Assembly: GCA_963668315.1 (NCBI GenBank) | Contig: OY764216.1 | Location: 864,001 to 928,000 of the forward strand | DNA from: Spirochaetia bacterium | Lineage (GTDB): Bacteria > Spirochaetota > Spirochaetia > DSM-2461 | Reading direction: 5' to 3' | DNA length: 64,000 bases | Shown here: positions 35,501 to 42,879 of the stretch, one piece after another | How positions within the stretch are numbered: the stretch's first letter is position 1 | How the letters are laid out: every line of letters starts with the position of its first letter | Made by a program: the position numbers and the translations under genes | The notes under the pieces: generated by a model | What the model was told of the DNA's origin: nothing | Database searches by the model: none | The model's input: the letters and a program-made list of their open reading frames with translations, nothing else

Positions 35501-37906
35501 TTCGTAGAGGCAAATGATGTAGACGGGAATCTGGTTACCGAGACATTCTACCTCTGGGTAAATAATGATGATGCTGCGGCTCCCTCTATCTACATGGATG
35601 CTTTTACTCATGACAGTGTTGCTGCTACAGCCGGTCATGTGGAACTTGCCCCATTGAGTACCTTTGACGGCGCTGATGCCGATTTATCAGGTACCGTCAG
35701 GGCAAAGGGAACTACCAATGATGATTCTGTCGTTTCAAGTGTCAGCTTCCAGTACTCCCTGGATTATACCAACGACGGCAATGACGCCAATGATACATGG
35801 GTTACCTCAACATCGGGAACAATGGTACTAACACTTACCGAGGAAGATGAAGCTGCCGGAAAGACCTATGACTGGTCCTATGACTGGGATACATCGGAAA
35901 TTACCGGAAATGCTCAGGCTAATGTCTTTGTCCGTGTCACTTCTTTTGACGGCTCAAATACGGGTATGCTGGCAGCACCTGTTCCCGTCGATATCGTTCC
36001 CTATATTACCGGGATCACCGGAGCCGGTTTTGATTCCGGTCTCCTGACCTATGTCAGGCGGTCTGTAAAGGGAAATTATACGGTACCCATAGGCTCCACC
36101 ATAACGATAACCGGCTACAACCTGCCTGGAACAACCGCAAATGGCGTAACAATCGGGGACCACAGCGGAGTCGTAAATACCGATTATGTCCAACTGACAG
36201 CCGAAGCCGGAGGTACGACGACATCTATTTCTGTCGATCTTGCTGCCACTAGTACCTCGGGAGAGATCCGTGTAACCACCAACGGAGTCAGCAGCATTAA
36301 TAACTCAAATAATGATGACGATGATTCCGAGGCCAATGCGTATAATCCCACCCTGGTCGATGACAGAAAGATTGTCTTCTGGAATGTTTCGTCATTGACA
36401 GGAACGTCCACAGTTACCGATCCCTATATGGCTCCCAATTCAGGAAATTCTGATTTTGACTGGATGTACGTGAAGAGCGGAAAGGAATTGTGGCTGCAGC
36501 CCGGGAGCGGCACAGCTGAAGTGCTGACAAAGAGTATAGGTCTCAGCGGCGGAGCTTTTAACTATAACACCAGCGGCAACCTGATATACCTGTTCAATCA
36601 TGACACGGAATGGAGTTTTTATGACGGATCTTTCTCGTTTTCCGGGTCTGTTCAGTTCGGCCAGGTAGCAAGTCTGGGAGCCTATGATTTTATTACTGCA
36701 GGAGAGAATAAGGATGAGGCTTACAATTGGAATCAGAATACCAACTTCGGGAAGCTTGGCCTTGGAAATATAAATTTCTATGCGGCGGGCGAGAATAATG
36801 TCAGTGAGAACCCTATTCCCTATACGGGATACTCTGCGCTTGACTTGAACAGGTACGAGAATCTGCAGATAAGGAGCGTAGGGAACAGTTCGCTGACCAG
36901 GAATTATGTCGCGTACTTTGATACCGGTGCGGATGAAAGCAGAAGTATTGTCTTCTATTCGTTCCAGACGTCCGATACTTCCGGCGGGACGACAGCCAGC
37001 CAGAATGTCTATTCCAATACGGCTCTATCGACAGAGGCCGTTGCCGGGGGAGGCTTCTTTGCCAATCTCGATAAATTTACCAATGCCGGAGCGGGTGAAT
37101 CGGTATCTCTGACCGGTACTCAGAAAAGTAACAATATGGGAATCGCAACCCCCCGCGGTCGACAGGAAGTCACTACCGCAACAGCCGGCGCAGACAGTAA
37201 TCAGTTTGACCTGGAAGTATTTGATACGGGGGCTACCGATCCCACGGACGGTTATCCCATTGTCTATGCCTATATTGCCTACTTTGATGATGCCAGTCAG
37301 AGTCTGAAAATCGCCGTGAATGAAAACGCGGGATTAGCCGATCCCACAAGTAATCTGGCAGCCTCAAATAAGAGTGCCGATACCTGGTTCACTTCAGGCG
37401 CTATAGACAGCAGTGCCGGTGCATATGTAGACATGGCTATCGATGATAATGGCGGTATCCATCTGGCCTATCAGGATGTCGCCTCGGGTTATTTAAAATA
37501 CGCACGGCTTACATATAATGCCTCAGATCATACTTTCACAACCCGGGAATCGGTCTATGTGGATGCCCTTTTCGGAGCGGGATCACAAAACAGTATTGTG
37601 GTTAAGCAGTTTGGAACAGATGACTACCGACCGGTTATTCTTTCATATTCCAGTGCATATACGGGAACCAAAGCGCCTTTGAGGCTTAGTTATCCCACAA
37701 CAGTTTCAACTGGTGTGACAACAAATTTCGGAGCTGGCGCGAACAGTTCGACCGGCGCATTTACAGGAGCCTGGGAAACCGTTGCCCTGCCTGCCATTTC
37801 CAACCCGGTCAATTCCAAGAGCTTTCTGTACCTGGATGCTTCCGGGAATCCCCAGATAGGTTATACCGGGTCCAATCTTGAAGAGTCGACATATTTAGGC
37901 TTTTAA
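26561..37906 (+). CDS. Giant acidic Ig-like repeat lipoprotein, 3781 aa, with an IPT-like domain and a beta-propeller-like C terminus
   Basis: SD GGAGG and spirochaete-type lipobox FLLTT-C. More than 20 tandem beta-sandwich units, very D/S/T/G rich, with no C-terminal anchor. Confidence 0.8.
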   Translation: MFKKMHPTAVIRHIILFPLFLFLLTTCDLFSPSLGDKIDTDSPVIGIESHGNGTYVGGTITLSGYAADDLEVKSVTVSSGSVTFNARLSGDSWSLDLDTTQFTDGDLELTIKAVDSSGKTVSTTVLLIVDNNPPAVLITSPTEYGSSSDSDFPEFNKGFTLKGETADATRVKKVYVSLYEADGTAVFENGEASGTSSWYYTFNSELYSLSGDYFFFVEAEDYSGNRNSYYYHIEDIIDYAVDAGSLPSIEEINTADLNGTDLSSSLLTTSQENLRLGSDPAGTVMAVVFNPDSDLPQFDFVSPPIVESPDNPLEENRFSVPQRFTGYVEDDDASGIALVELAIFDYETDTPLDIYGEEVADSWISQEGSGLGNESSDLTFSGTQWILDAELPEGTFYIVLRAEDASGASATSIEVPFTVSASAPSIVVNSPDPGTYIGIGRTLSLDINVNKSDGTPWEGSDVYVDPDGDLSWTDGNAILMTPDVSEVGHFTLELTEGTTSGFNFTGDGSYTIRMRTGTATNAGNATLGITADITAPTMAITSPGDGDTLNGTVTIRGTADDVAIAAVYGKIEAGDIPEYTSYPTDPLADGWDSITDSVYNWSKILDTTDYYTASPGTLTLHYFAEDVAGNRGSSGLVDHPSRITVTVDQDGDLPVINISQPSEGGRLGIDSSIIGNITDDDLVDVSSLTISLDGNDPVAVSSAPLSDSTNVSWSHSLVGVAEGVHTFELSVDDVKTNGDSVAGSSLSYSFVVDAGPPSLNITAPAANSLWNEDVVISGTAVDVNGVKSMALSLDGTTWYPISITPTTDSTLINWSYTLPVDPDGSDDMQYTVQIRAVDQADATSTEYLPFEVDTTSPVLKITQPPESVTVNGDAVTVGGTVSDVNDVTGLYYYIDTDDVTPPADSASWTSIPIAYSWSFTFNTLDYNSTSTADDFKIWVRAVDHGDLLNETDDTAVGHSLVITIDQETDRPDISFNDLDKSSTVASENVLVGATSLSGLIEDDDSINPGTDIPIEISIDGGAWTDVDLAPALGGAAKQTIVWKHDISGLLEGVHHVKLRARDSESSDDSVFGNYSNFNWNLVENADLTGANTDADKDLGVPFIVNRGAPTIVISSPANYSYHNDDVIISGTAEDSNGVNKVEISFDNGANFDLFTDYSPAVSTASWSFTYDYSVLGSGVVSYIVQATDGYNSTSIAHGQFSVDVAPPSLIVGEPDASDTVNGTVSFYGTAGDDITLNKVYYSILPSGAAAPAVPVPGSNGAITSEGGYTEATGNYSWSDSFDTVSDPVFSSGDGSYVFRALAIDYAGNMSGVTAVAFTVSQESDRPEIDLSTFDNSGTFLTNVMPTSQQIIGTIVDDDSVQSGLLYIKVTNTADDTVVRDYTAVTGPPTTSETWKHTFTAKLPNGRYNLYVRGADENFIDGTHTYTSDNFYWNEIGPIPFTVDEDLPVTTQTILDGERLNGSFSLSGTASDSNGIKSVDLVVKHNNVVVIDNNLVTNADPFSFPSPFWSQSYPVNSDGSDDGALEWTVTVTDAFDKTQSYTREAYIDTQAPHVTITSPNSGSTLNGSILVEGYSNDGDTSASEVDGVWVWIGKAADLPSTDPSSADFASWTLLSGTDDWEYRFAAAPYDGDTWGVYILTRDNFGNYSDPSAAGNNISITIDESENLPVITLSTAANSVLGASSLVEGTVEDDDYVDVSSLQISFDGGTTWTEIANKPTSDSSYVSFSHPVTALSAGTAVYPVRVKASDVGENFSDDTQDIDPVTTTFPAESETPLPVYVDKALPDFSITQVGNGLTTAAVTTSLYINDYITLTGTASDDVQVQSVQVKIGDGNYTAYSPAVDEDTGPEDSTNFNTLSWTVASGLGLSDDTTISVLVTDYHNKTNEESYQLRVDTTDPTVTFTTEATNPDTDYGEYGSFRGAYNGTYTFKGESNDNIKISKVYYLFDDTAGSTTSDPAASWAEATGTYSWTAAFDTTGVADSADGTDYYYLHVIATDGAGNFSTTQHLPFIVYQDTDKPIVSLSQPTAGEVMESNPRVLGTVRDDDGLTSVQISLNGGAYENVDSPSSVSGKSISFEHSLLDQSDGDYTIQIRATDSGSVMTESNSLSFGINKLAPDLVLEQIEVVDIYGGAPKVYSSSSGTVSLNTTYINGDFTLVFSAGDDNGIGSVQVDTGSGFNDAVNEGDDGSGAGGIADNGIQDGDEVWTDTWLYTVASDGLGEGACNISYQASDSLGKTTEGLVTVILDTVRPVVSFTSPASIPMSDSLVSPPYDSVNSVYYDAPHVNGDVTIQGTVSDDSSIHDLVITGGIHGNMPLTNENSSPINWKVILDTAAIAGNETANYQSALAPDYTFNTGDDGASPWDGVEDGDETWTHIWRFPLSVVATDAAGNKSQSYTDLDSSYVPVSYIGYIDIDPDGDLPKLAVVTPANDASVSGSFLVNGTITDDDGTDYVTLEFDLDDDGAWNDSGDSEGGVDLTLTNDLTAYNGIAAGITFTGSDINESTKIPLDAPSGSWSISLAASDFTTAKLASAGYTNSGFIRMRFTPYDSNGLPGDVQIVRIYLDTVSPSFSVLSPATGTLQKGTVTLTTTISDDKQLDESNMLISYDGGANFSSIDSGDIAGPSGTGPYTYDISIDIDTTDTGIVSGGNGLLDIQISVTDRTNKQSSTSVSYSVDNTLPTVAWNEDGDGTLLDLPFITGPVYTFKGNENTGESDDAYKVLGAAEDSGTISGIEKVNVYFVKDVSGTLYFMSPVDSETYTDLAVGSSYAVIDDDGDSGTAGVSIPFTENSNYVITIDNRIEQGTFDDQALYPGIGDGDGFNESLKTKEGYDEWYSFFDTKELLDGPLNIYAVVYDEAGNMSYTVVDAQVMNEPPRVTSVEIDSAALNADTMRTKVLGTIALDLNLQDATGIDESTLTMEIPNRYNIVSGAPDSIDSTWAVGSEKISWTSSDFTLTTPGTDSTSETATYSMDTTDYASGYYYQFFVEANDVDGNLVTETFYLWVNNDDAAAPSIYMDAFTHDSVAATAGHVELAPLSTFDGADADLSGTVRAKGTTNDDSVVSSVSFQYSLDYTNDGNDANDTWVTSTSGTMVLTLTEEDEAAGKTYDWSYDWDTSEITGNAQANVFVRVTSFDGSNTGMLAAPVPVDIVPYITGITGAGFDSGLLTYVRRSVKGNYTVPIGSTITITGYNLPGTTANGVTIGDHSGVVNTDYVQLTAEAGGTTTSISVDLAATSTSGEIRVTTNGVSSINNSNNDDDDSEANAYNPTLVDDRKIVFWNVSSLTGTSTVTDPYMAPNSGNSDFDWMYVKSGKELWLQPGSGTAEVLTKSIGLSGGAFNYNTSGNLIYLFNHDTEWSFYDGSFSFSGSVQFGQVASLGAYDFITAGENKDEAYNWNQNTNFGKLGLGNINFYAAGENNVSENPIPYTGYSALDLNRYENLQIRSVGNSSLTRNYVAYFDTGADESRSIVFYSFQTSDTSGGTTASQNVYSNTALSTEAVAGGGFFANLDKFTNAGAGESVSLTGTQKSNNMGIATPRGRQEVTTATAGADSNQFDLEVFDTGATDPTDGYPIVYAYIAYFDDASQSLKIAVNENAGLADPTSNLAASNKSADTWFTSGAIDSSAGAYVDMAIDDNGGIHLAYQDVASGYLKYARLTYNASDHTFTTRESVYVDALFGAGSQNSIVVKQFGTDDYRPVILSYSSAYTGTKAPLRLSYPTTVSTGVTTNFGAGANSSTGAFTGAWETVALPAISNPVNSKSFLYLDASGNPQIGYTGSNLEESTYLGF

Positions 37907-37918
37907 GGAATATGAGTG

Positions 37919-37946
37919 ATAGGACCTCCGGAGAGGGAGGTCCTAT
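37919..37946. terminator. Perfect 11-bp hairpin between the convergent giant lipoprotein and SBP-like genes
   Basis: ATAGGACCTCC (37919-37929) pairs with GGAGGTCCTAT (37936-37946). Confidence 0.7.
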
Positions 37947-38989
37947 TCTTCCACAAACCGCCTCAGTTCCATCCCGTACTCCCGCATTTCCCGGGTATTC
38001 GATAATTCCTGCCAGCTCGCTATATGCTGTGCGAAGGCGTCATCATCCTGGGAGTAAAAAAAACGCTGGAGCCGATAGGTCAGATATTCGCACGTTGCCG
38101 GATTTTTCAGAAAATTCCTGAATTCGGCCGCTTCCGAAGCGGCGGGACTGTCCTGATTGACGACAAGGGAAACTCCGGCTCCGATAAGCCAGGATTTCCG
38201 GTTCCCCTGGGGAAACTTGATGAATTCGATATCGCTTCGGACTTCGGGGGGGATGGGCGTGAGCATCTTATCGTAAAGGAGAGTCATGGCCGCCTTTCCC
38301 TGAGCCATGGCAGCCACTCCTCTGGGCCATCCTTCGTTCCATGTTTCCTCAAGAAAGAACCCCTTTCTCTTCCACCGCTGCAGTATTTCCCAGCTGTTTA
38401 CATAGGGGATATTATCTGTATCGGATCCGGGGATGTAGTCGGTATCGCCGTCATTTAAGGAGATCATGATGTGCTGCGACCATAAGATCAAAGGCCAGAG
38501 ATGGCTGTTCCCCACAGAAAGGGGAGTCATGCCCTGCTCTTTTAATAAATCCAGGGATTTCTCCAGCTCATCCATCGTTTCAGCCGATTCGATGGAGGCA
38601 AGAATCTCATCCGGGATGAGGGACCGATTGACGGCAAGGGTCCATCCTGTGCCCATCCATCTTTTCGGTTCGGAGTATCTAAAGGGAAACTCCTGTTCCA
38701 CGGGCCCCGGCCAGAGGAAAATATCCGGCACGATATCCCCTTCGTAGATCTTCTGCCTTATCTCCCTGGAGTTCAGGGCGGTTAGTCTTACCTGCGTTTT
38801 TCCGTTTTGCGTTTCAAATTGATCTATCAGCGGAGCCAACAGGGCTGACTCGCTTTCGGAAAAATTGTGGACAAAGTTTATTTCGACGGGTTCGGCCGCT
38901 TTACGAATCTGTACTGCTGAGATGATTATCAGAAACAGGGCTATGAGGGCAGTGAGGGAAATAACAGTTTTTTTGTTATTTCTCATCAT
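37943..38989 (-). CDS. Extracellular solute-binding protein-like (family 1), N-terminal membrane anchor
   Basis: Hydrophobic N terminus, FETQN...V, PDIF, GMTPLSVGNSHLWP and QGKAAM. The start is coupled to the tldE stop (TGATG). Confidence 0.65.
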   Translation of the reverse strand: MMRNNKKTVISLTALIALFLIIISAVQIRKAAEPVEINFVHNFSESESALLAPLIDQFETQNGKTQVRLTALNSREIRQKIYEGDIVPDIFLWPGPVEQEFPFRYSEPKRWMGTGWTLAVNRSLIPDEILASIESAETMDELEKSLDLLKEQGMTPLSVGNSHLWPLILWSQHIMISLNDGDTDYIPGSDTDNIPYVNSWEILQRWKRKGFFLEETWNEGWPRGVAAMAQGKAAMTLLYDKMLTPIPPEVRSDIEFIKFPQGNRKSWLIGAGVSLVVNQDSPAASEAAEFRNFLKNPATCEYLTYRLQRFFYSQDDDAFAQHIASWQELSNTREMREYGMELRRFVEE

Positions 38990-40287
38990 CAGCTTAACCG
39001 GCCCCCCGGATACATCAGATAGGCGGGGCCATGGTAATTCTCTTTACGCACCAGTTCCCTGGACAGGTAAAACTCTTTCTGAACATCAAAAATACAAGCC
39101 GAGAGGGAGGCTCCCGTAAGGGGAACGGTCTCTTTGCCGTTAAACCAGAGGGCCAGACGGATCTCGCCTCCGAAATCACCCGTCATGGGATCCATCTGGA
39201 AGTCGGAAAAACTGCGGATTTCCACATGGGGCTCCTTTTTCCACTCTTCCACGCTGCTCTTTCCCCCGGCCACCACGCGGTTCCCTATGACACCGGTCGC
39301 CGGAACGTTCAGGTAATGGGAATACTGCTGGTTCCCGTGGTATCGGAGCAGTTTCCCGTCCCGGAAGATTTCCACTCTCTCCAGAGCCGTGCCGTCCCCG
39401 TCGTAGGGTACAGAGCGGGGCGAGCCTTCCAGGGAGGGATCAAGGGTTATGGACACGAGATCGCCCTTTGCCTCGTTCCCCTGGAATATTTCACCCGCCT
39501 TTCCCCGGGCGATTTCCTCGTAAACGCCTTTGGCGCTGCTCTGGGTCAGGTAGAAGTTCATCATATCCCTGACGGCTTCCCCGGTGAGTATGATATTGAT
39601 ATCCTTGAGTTCGGATGCTTTGCGGGCCCGGCTTCTCAGGCGGCAGTTTTCAATCTGGTTCCGGCACTCCTCTTCTACCATGGTTCCGTCGGCATCGGCA
39701 AAGGAGAACATATTGTAGATCTCCACATCTTCGCCGTTTTCCTTCCAGTCGCATATGAGCTCTATGTCTCCCTGGCAGCGGGTCCAGGATTCGTCTATGC
39801 CCGTGGAAGTAACAAGGCGGCAGGTAAAACGGTTAAGGAAAATCTCCGCCGAATTAACGCCCCCTTCCCGGTGGATATCATTTTTATAGAGACTTTCCCG
39901 CAGCTCTTCCATCACGGGGTTCATGTCCTCCTCAGCCAGGCGGCTGCGGAGAGGGGGAACGGTTCTCTCCTTCGGAAGGGCCATAGGGTAGGGAGGGTTT
40001 TTCACGAAGGACGCGGCGTACCAGGCTTTTTCCAGCCGTGTGATAATCTCTTCCCGGCTGATCCGGGAAGGCAGCCGGAGGGAGGCTGAGCCCTTATACG
40101 CCTGTCCCGCCTCCTCGAAAAGGCGGTAGAGGGTGACATCGTAATGCTTTACATCCTTGGCCCGGTTCATATCCAGATCTTTTCTGATGTAGAAGCTCTC
40201 CTGGGATGTCACTTCCTCCTCTCTGATGATCCACTCGTCGATCCCCAGCTCCTTCATGACTTTCCTGATGATATCGATGGTATTCAT
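38989..40287 (-). CDS. tldE: TldE/PmbA-like metallopeptidase subunit
   Basis: PYDGDG and DPMTGDFGGEIRL motifs, no HExxxH. Coupled to tldD by TAATG. Confidence 0.78.
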   Translation of the reverse strand: MNTIDIIRKVMKELGIDEWIIREEEVTSQESFYIRKDLDMNRAKDVKHYDVTLYRLFEEAGQAYKGSASLRLPSRISREEIITRLEKAWYAASFVKNPPYPMALPKERTVPPLRSRLAEEDMNPVMEELRESLYKNDIHREGGVNSAEIFLNRFTCRLVTSTGIDESWTRCQGDIELICDWKENGEDVEIYNMFSFADADGTMVEEECRNQIENCRLRSRARKASELKDINIILTGEAVRDMMNFYLTQSSAKGVYEEIARGKAGEIFQGNEAKGDLVSITLDPSLEGSPRSVPYDGDGTALERVEIFRDGKLLRYHGNQQYSHYLNVPATGVIGNRVVAGGKSSVEEWKKEPHVEIRSFSDFQMDPMTGDFGGEIRLALWFNGKETVPLTGASLSACIFDVQKEFYLSRELVRKENYHGPAYLMYPGGRLS

Positions 40288-41705
40288 TATGCCAGCCTTC
40301 CTTTCGTTTTGATGTAGGGCCCGCCGGTGGAAGTCTTGACGAATTCCTTATATCCCTTGCCGCAGGCCCCCGATCCGGACAGTTCAAAATCGGGACTGAC
40401 CATGTCTATCGCTCCCAGAAGATCGGGTACATAGCCCGTCAGATAGACCGGAGCCACCACTTTCCCGGTGAGTTTCCCGTCGATGATCTCCCGGCCCAGG
40501 GTGGATACGCACTGAATGCCCCAGTTTTTGGGATCTTCCATCCCGCTGGAAAAGCTCTCCAGGAGGTAACCATGGTCAATGGACCGGATCATATCCTCAA
40601 GGGAATCCTCTCCCGGTTCGAAAAAGGTATTCGTCATACGGGCATAGGCTTTTCTTTCGAAGGATTCCCTTTTGCCGTTGCCCGTGGGGGTATTGCCCAG
40701 TTTCAGCGAGGAGAGAAGGTCGGATATTCCCGATTTGAGTATGCCGTCCTCGATAATGAGCGTATCCGTTCCCAGGGTTCCTTCGTCATCGAAGAGATAG
40801 GAAGAAACCTCCCGGGCCGAGGCGGCGCCGTCGTGCATGCGAACCTTGGCGGAAGCGACCGGTTTGTTCATATAAGCCATGGCCCTGGCCCTGTTTTTCA
40901 CGAACATATCCGTCTCCACGCCGTGGCCGAAGGCTTCGTGGGCGATCAGACCGGCCATGGCGGGGTCGCAGATGATGTCATATTCCCCGGGAACAAGTCT
41001 TTCCGCGGTCAGAAGGTCGGCGGTTTCCTTCACGGCGGCGGGAATGGCGGCCCTTATCTCTTCCAGAAGTTCCGACCCCTTGAGACCGGAGCAGGACCGG
41101 AAGCCGTACTGGATGCCCTTCTCCCCCTTTCCGATAGCGAAAACGTATCCCTGGGACCACATATAAGCCTGTTCCAGGTCTTTTTTGGCCGAGAGAAAAA
41201 GCTTGGATATTTTGACATGTTCGTAGCGGATGCGGACATCGACCAGAAAATCGGCCCGACTCAGAGCTTCTCCCATGGAGGAATTCAGGGACGTCATAAT
41301 GTCTCCCGGTGATTGCGCCTCGGGATCCTCTTCCACCGTATCGTAGAAGCTTCTGGTCAACTCCGCCTCCGCGGCGACAGGATACTCCACCGTATGGAGC
41401 GGACTGTTCTCCGAGGAGCTCTGGAGGGCCGTTTTGCGGACGGCCGCGGCAATGGCATCCGGGTCTTCCAGGCTGTTGAAGGAGTACTCCGAATAGCCCT
41501 TCCCGTTATGAACCCGGCAGACGAATCCCCGCTCCCCCCAGGAGGAATCGGTGATGGATGAACCGGATTTCGCCACCATATAGGCGGTGCCCGCCACATC
41601 CGTTCCCAGGATGGAGACATAGGGAAAATCCGAGGAGAGGGTTGAGATAAGGTCCTTAAGTACCGCTTTGTTTTTTCTGAGAAAATCCGAAAAGATAACT
41701 TCCAT
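40287..41705 (-). CDS. tldD: TldD metalloprotease
   Basis: IAHEAFGHGVE zinc motif, FDDEG, TGNGKRES, ARMTNTF and GACGKG. I moved the start to ATG 41705. Confidence 0.92.
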   Translation of the reverse strand: MEVIFSDFLRKNKAVLKDLISTLSSDFPYVSILGTDVAGTAYMVAKSGSSITDSSWGERGFVCRVHNGKGYSEYSFNSLEDPDAIAAAVRKTALQSSSENSPLHTVEYPVAAEAELTRSFYDTVEEDPEAQSPGDIMTSLNSSMGEALSRADFLVDVRIRYEHVKISKLFLSAKKDLEQAYMWSQGYVFAIGKGEKGIQYGFRSCSGLKGSELLEEIRAAIPAAVKETADLLTAERLVPGEYDIICDPAMAGLIAHEAFGHGVETDMFVKNRARAMAYMNKPVASAKVRMHDGAASAREVSSYLFDDEGTLGTDTLIIEDGILKSGISDLLSSLKLGNTPTGNGKRESFERKAYARMTNTFFEPGEDSLEDMIRSIDHGYLLESFSSGMEDPKNWGIQCVSTLGREIIDGKLTGKVVAPVYLTGYVPDLLGAIDMVSPDFELSGSGACGKGYKEFVKTSTGGPYIKTKGRLA

Positions 41706-41826
41706 GGTGATCCGTCCTCGACAGTTTACTATTTTCAAGATAACACGGCCTTTACGGTCATGGCAATGGAAAAAGGTTTCTAATTGATTTCTCCCGGACT
41801 TCATGAATGAAAGATTCGTAATATTA

Positions 41827-41855
41827 TTGATATGCTATATAAATGGTAGTATATT
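41827..41855 (+). promoter_or_regulatory. Sigma70-type promoter, leaderless geometry
   Basis: TTGATA-17-TATATT, 6 nt before ATG 41862. Confidence 0.55.
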
Positions 41856-41861
41856 GAAAAT

Positions 41862-42857
41862 ATGAATACTTTACCCAGAAAAAGGTTGATCTATGCCCTG
41901 ACGGGCATGACATTGTTAACGGGATTCCTCCTTGCCCAGGGCGGAGGAGATAGTTCAGATGAAAGGACAAAAGAGGACTCTATGAGCAAAATACCGGAAG
42001 AAACAAAAAGTCTGCTCAACAGCAGGCTGACCGAGGAGCAATATAACGTCATTGAGCTGAAGGGTACCGAAAGGGCCTTCACCGGTGAGTATTACGATAA
42101 TCACGAAGAGGGTACCTATTTCTGCCGGCGCTGCCATGCGCCCCTTTACCGGTCGGCAGATAAATTCGATTCGGGATGCGGCTGGCCCAGCTTTGACGAC
42201 GAAATCGAGGGAGCCGTAACCAGGCGGACCGACGCGGACGGAAGGCGCACGGAGATCCTGTGCAGTACCTGCGGCGCCCACTTGGGGCACGTCTTCCTGG
42301 GCGAGGGTTTTACCGATAAGGACACGCGCCACTGCGTGAATTCCCTCTCCATGCGTTTTGTTCCCGCCGAAGGCGAAACGGGACGGGCCGTTTTTGCCGG
42401 GGGCTGCTTTTGGGGCGTGGAGTACTTCTTTCAGAACAAAGAAGGGGTGAAGGAGACCACCGTAGGTTATACGGGAGGGCATAAAGCCTATCCCACCTAT
42501 CAGGAAGTCTGCTATACCGACACGGGTCATGTGGAAGCCATGGAAGTGATCTACGATCCGAAAGTCGTTTCTTACAGGGAGCTGGCCATGCTGTTTTTTG
42601 AGATTCACGATCCTACCCAGACGAACGGGCAGGGCCCGGATCTGGGAGAGCAGTACCTTTCCAGGATATTCTACGAGAACCGCTCCCAGAAGGAGACCGC
42701 CGAGGAGCTGATAACCCTATTGGAGCAGAAGGGCTACGATGTGGCCACCGAAGTGGAAGAGGCGGCAGCTTTCTGGCCGGCGGAGGATTACCATCAGGAA
42801 TATTACGCCGGCAACGGGAAAGCCCCCTATTGCCACGGCTACACCAAGCGGTTCTAG
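41862..42857 (+). CDS. msrAB: Bifunctional methionine sulfoxide reductase (MsrB-MsrA order) with N-terminal signal peptide
   Basis: MsrB motifs GTERAF, CRRC, SGCGWPSF, CSTC and RHCVNS. MsrA motifs FAGGCFWG and AEDYHQEY. Confidence 0.95.
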   Translation: MNTLPRKRLIYALTGMTLLTGFLLAQGGGDSSDERTKEDSMSKIPEETKSLLNSRLTEEQYNVIELKGTERAFTGEYYDNHEEGTYFCRRCHAPLYRSADKFDSGCGWPSFDDEIEGAVTRRTDADGRRTEILCSTCGAHLGHVFLGEGFTDKDTRHCVNSLSMRFVPAEGETGRAVFAGGCFWGVEYFFQNKEGVKETTVGYTGGHKAYPTYQEVCYTDTGHVEAMEVIYDPKVVSYRELAMLFFEIHDPTQTNGQGPDLGEQYLSRIFYENRSQKETAEELITLLEQKGYDVATEVEEAAAFWPAEDYHQEYYAGNGKAPYCHGYTKRF

Positions 42858-42879
42858 GGGACCTTTCCTAAGAGAGAGG

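Noticed and set aside
21786..37906. Sialidase/neuraminidase call from Asp-box-like SxDxGxTW/F motifs
   Set aside because: The motifs occur singly inside Ig-like units rather than once per propeller blade, and I saw no FRIP or catalytic arginine-triad context.
26561..37906. RTX/type I secreted adhesin or polymorphic toxin
   Set aside because: No GGxGxDxxx nonapeptide arrays, T1SS genes, RHS/YD core or downstream immunity gene. The protein has an N-terminal lipobox instead.
37943..41705. RiPP cluster suggested by TldD/TldE
   Set aside because: No YcaO, radical SAM, precursor peptide or exporter genes are adjacent.
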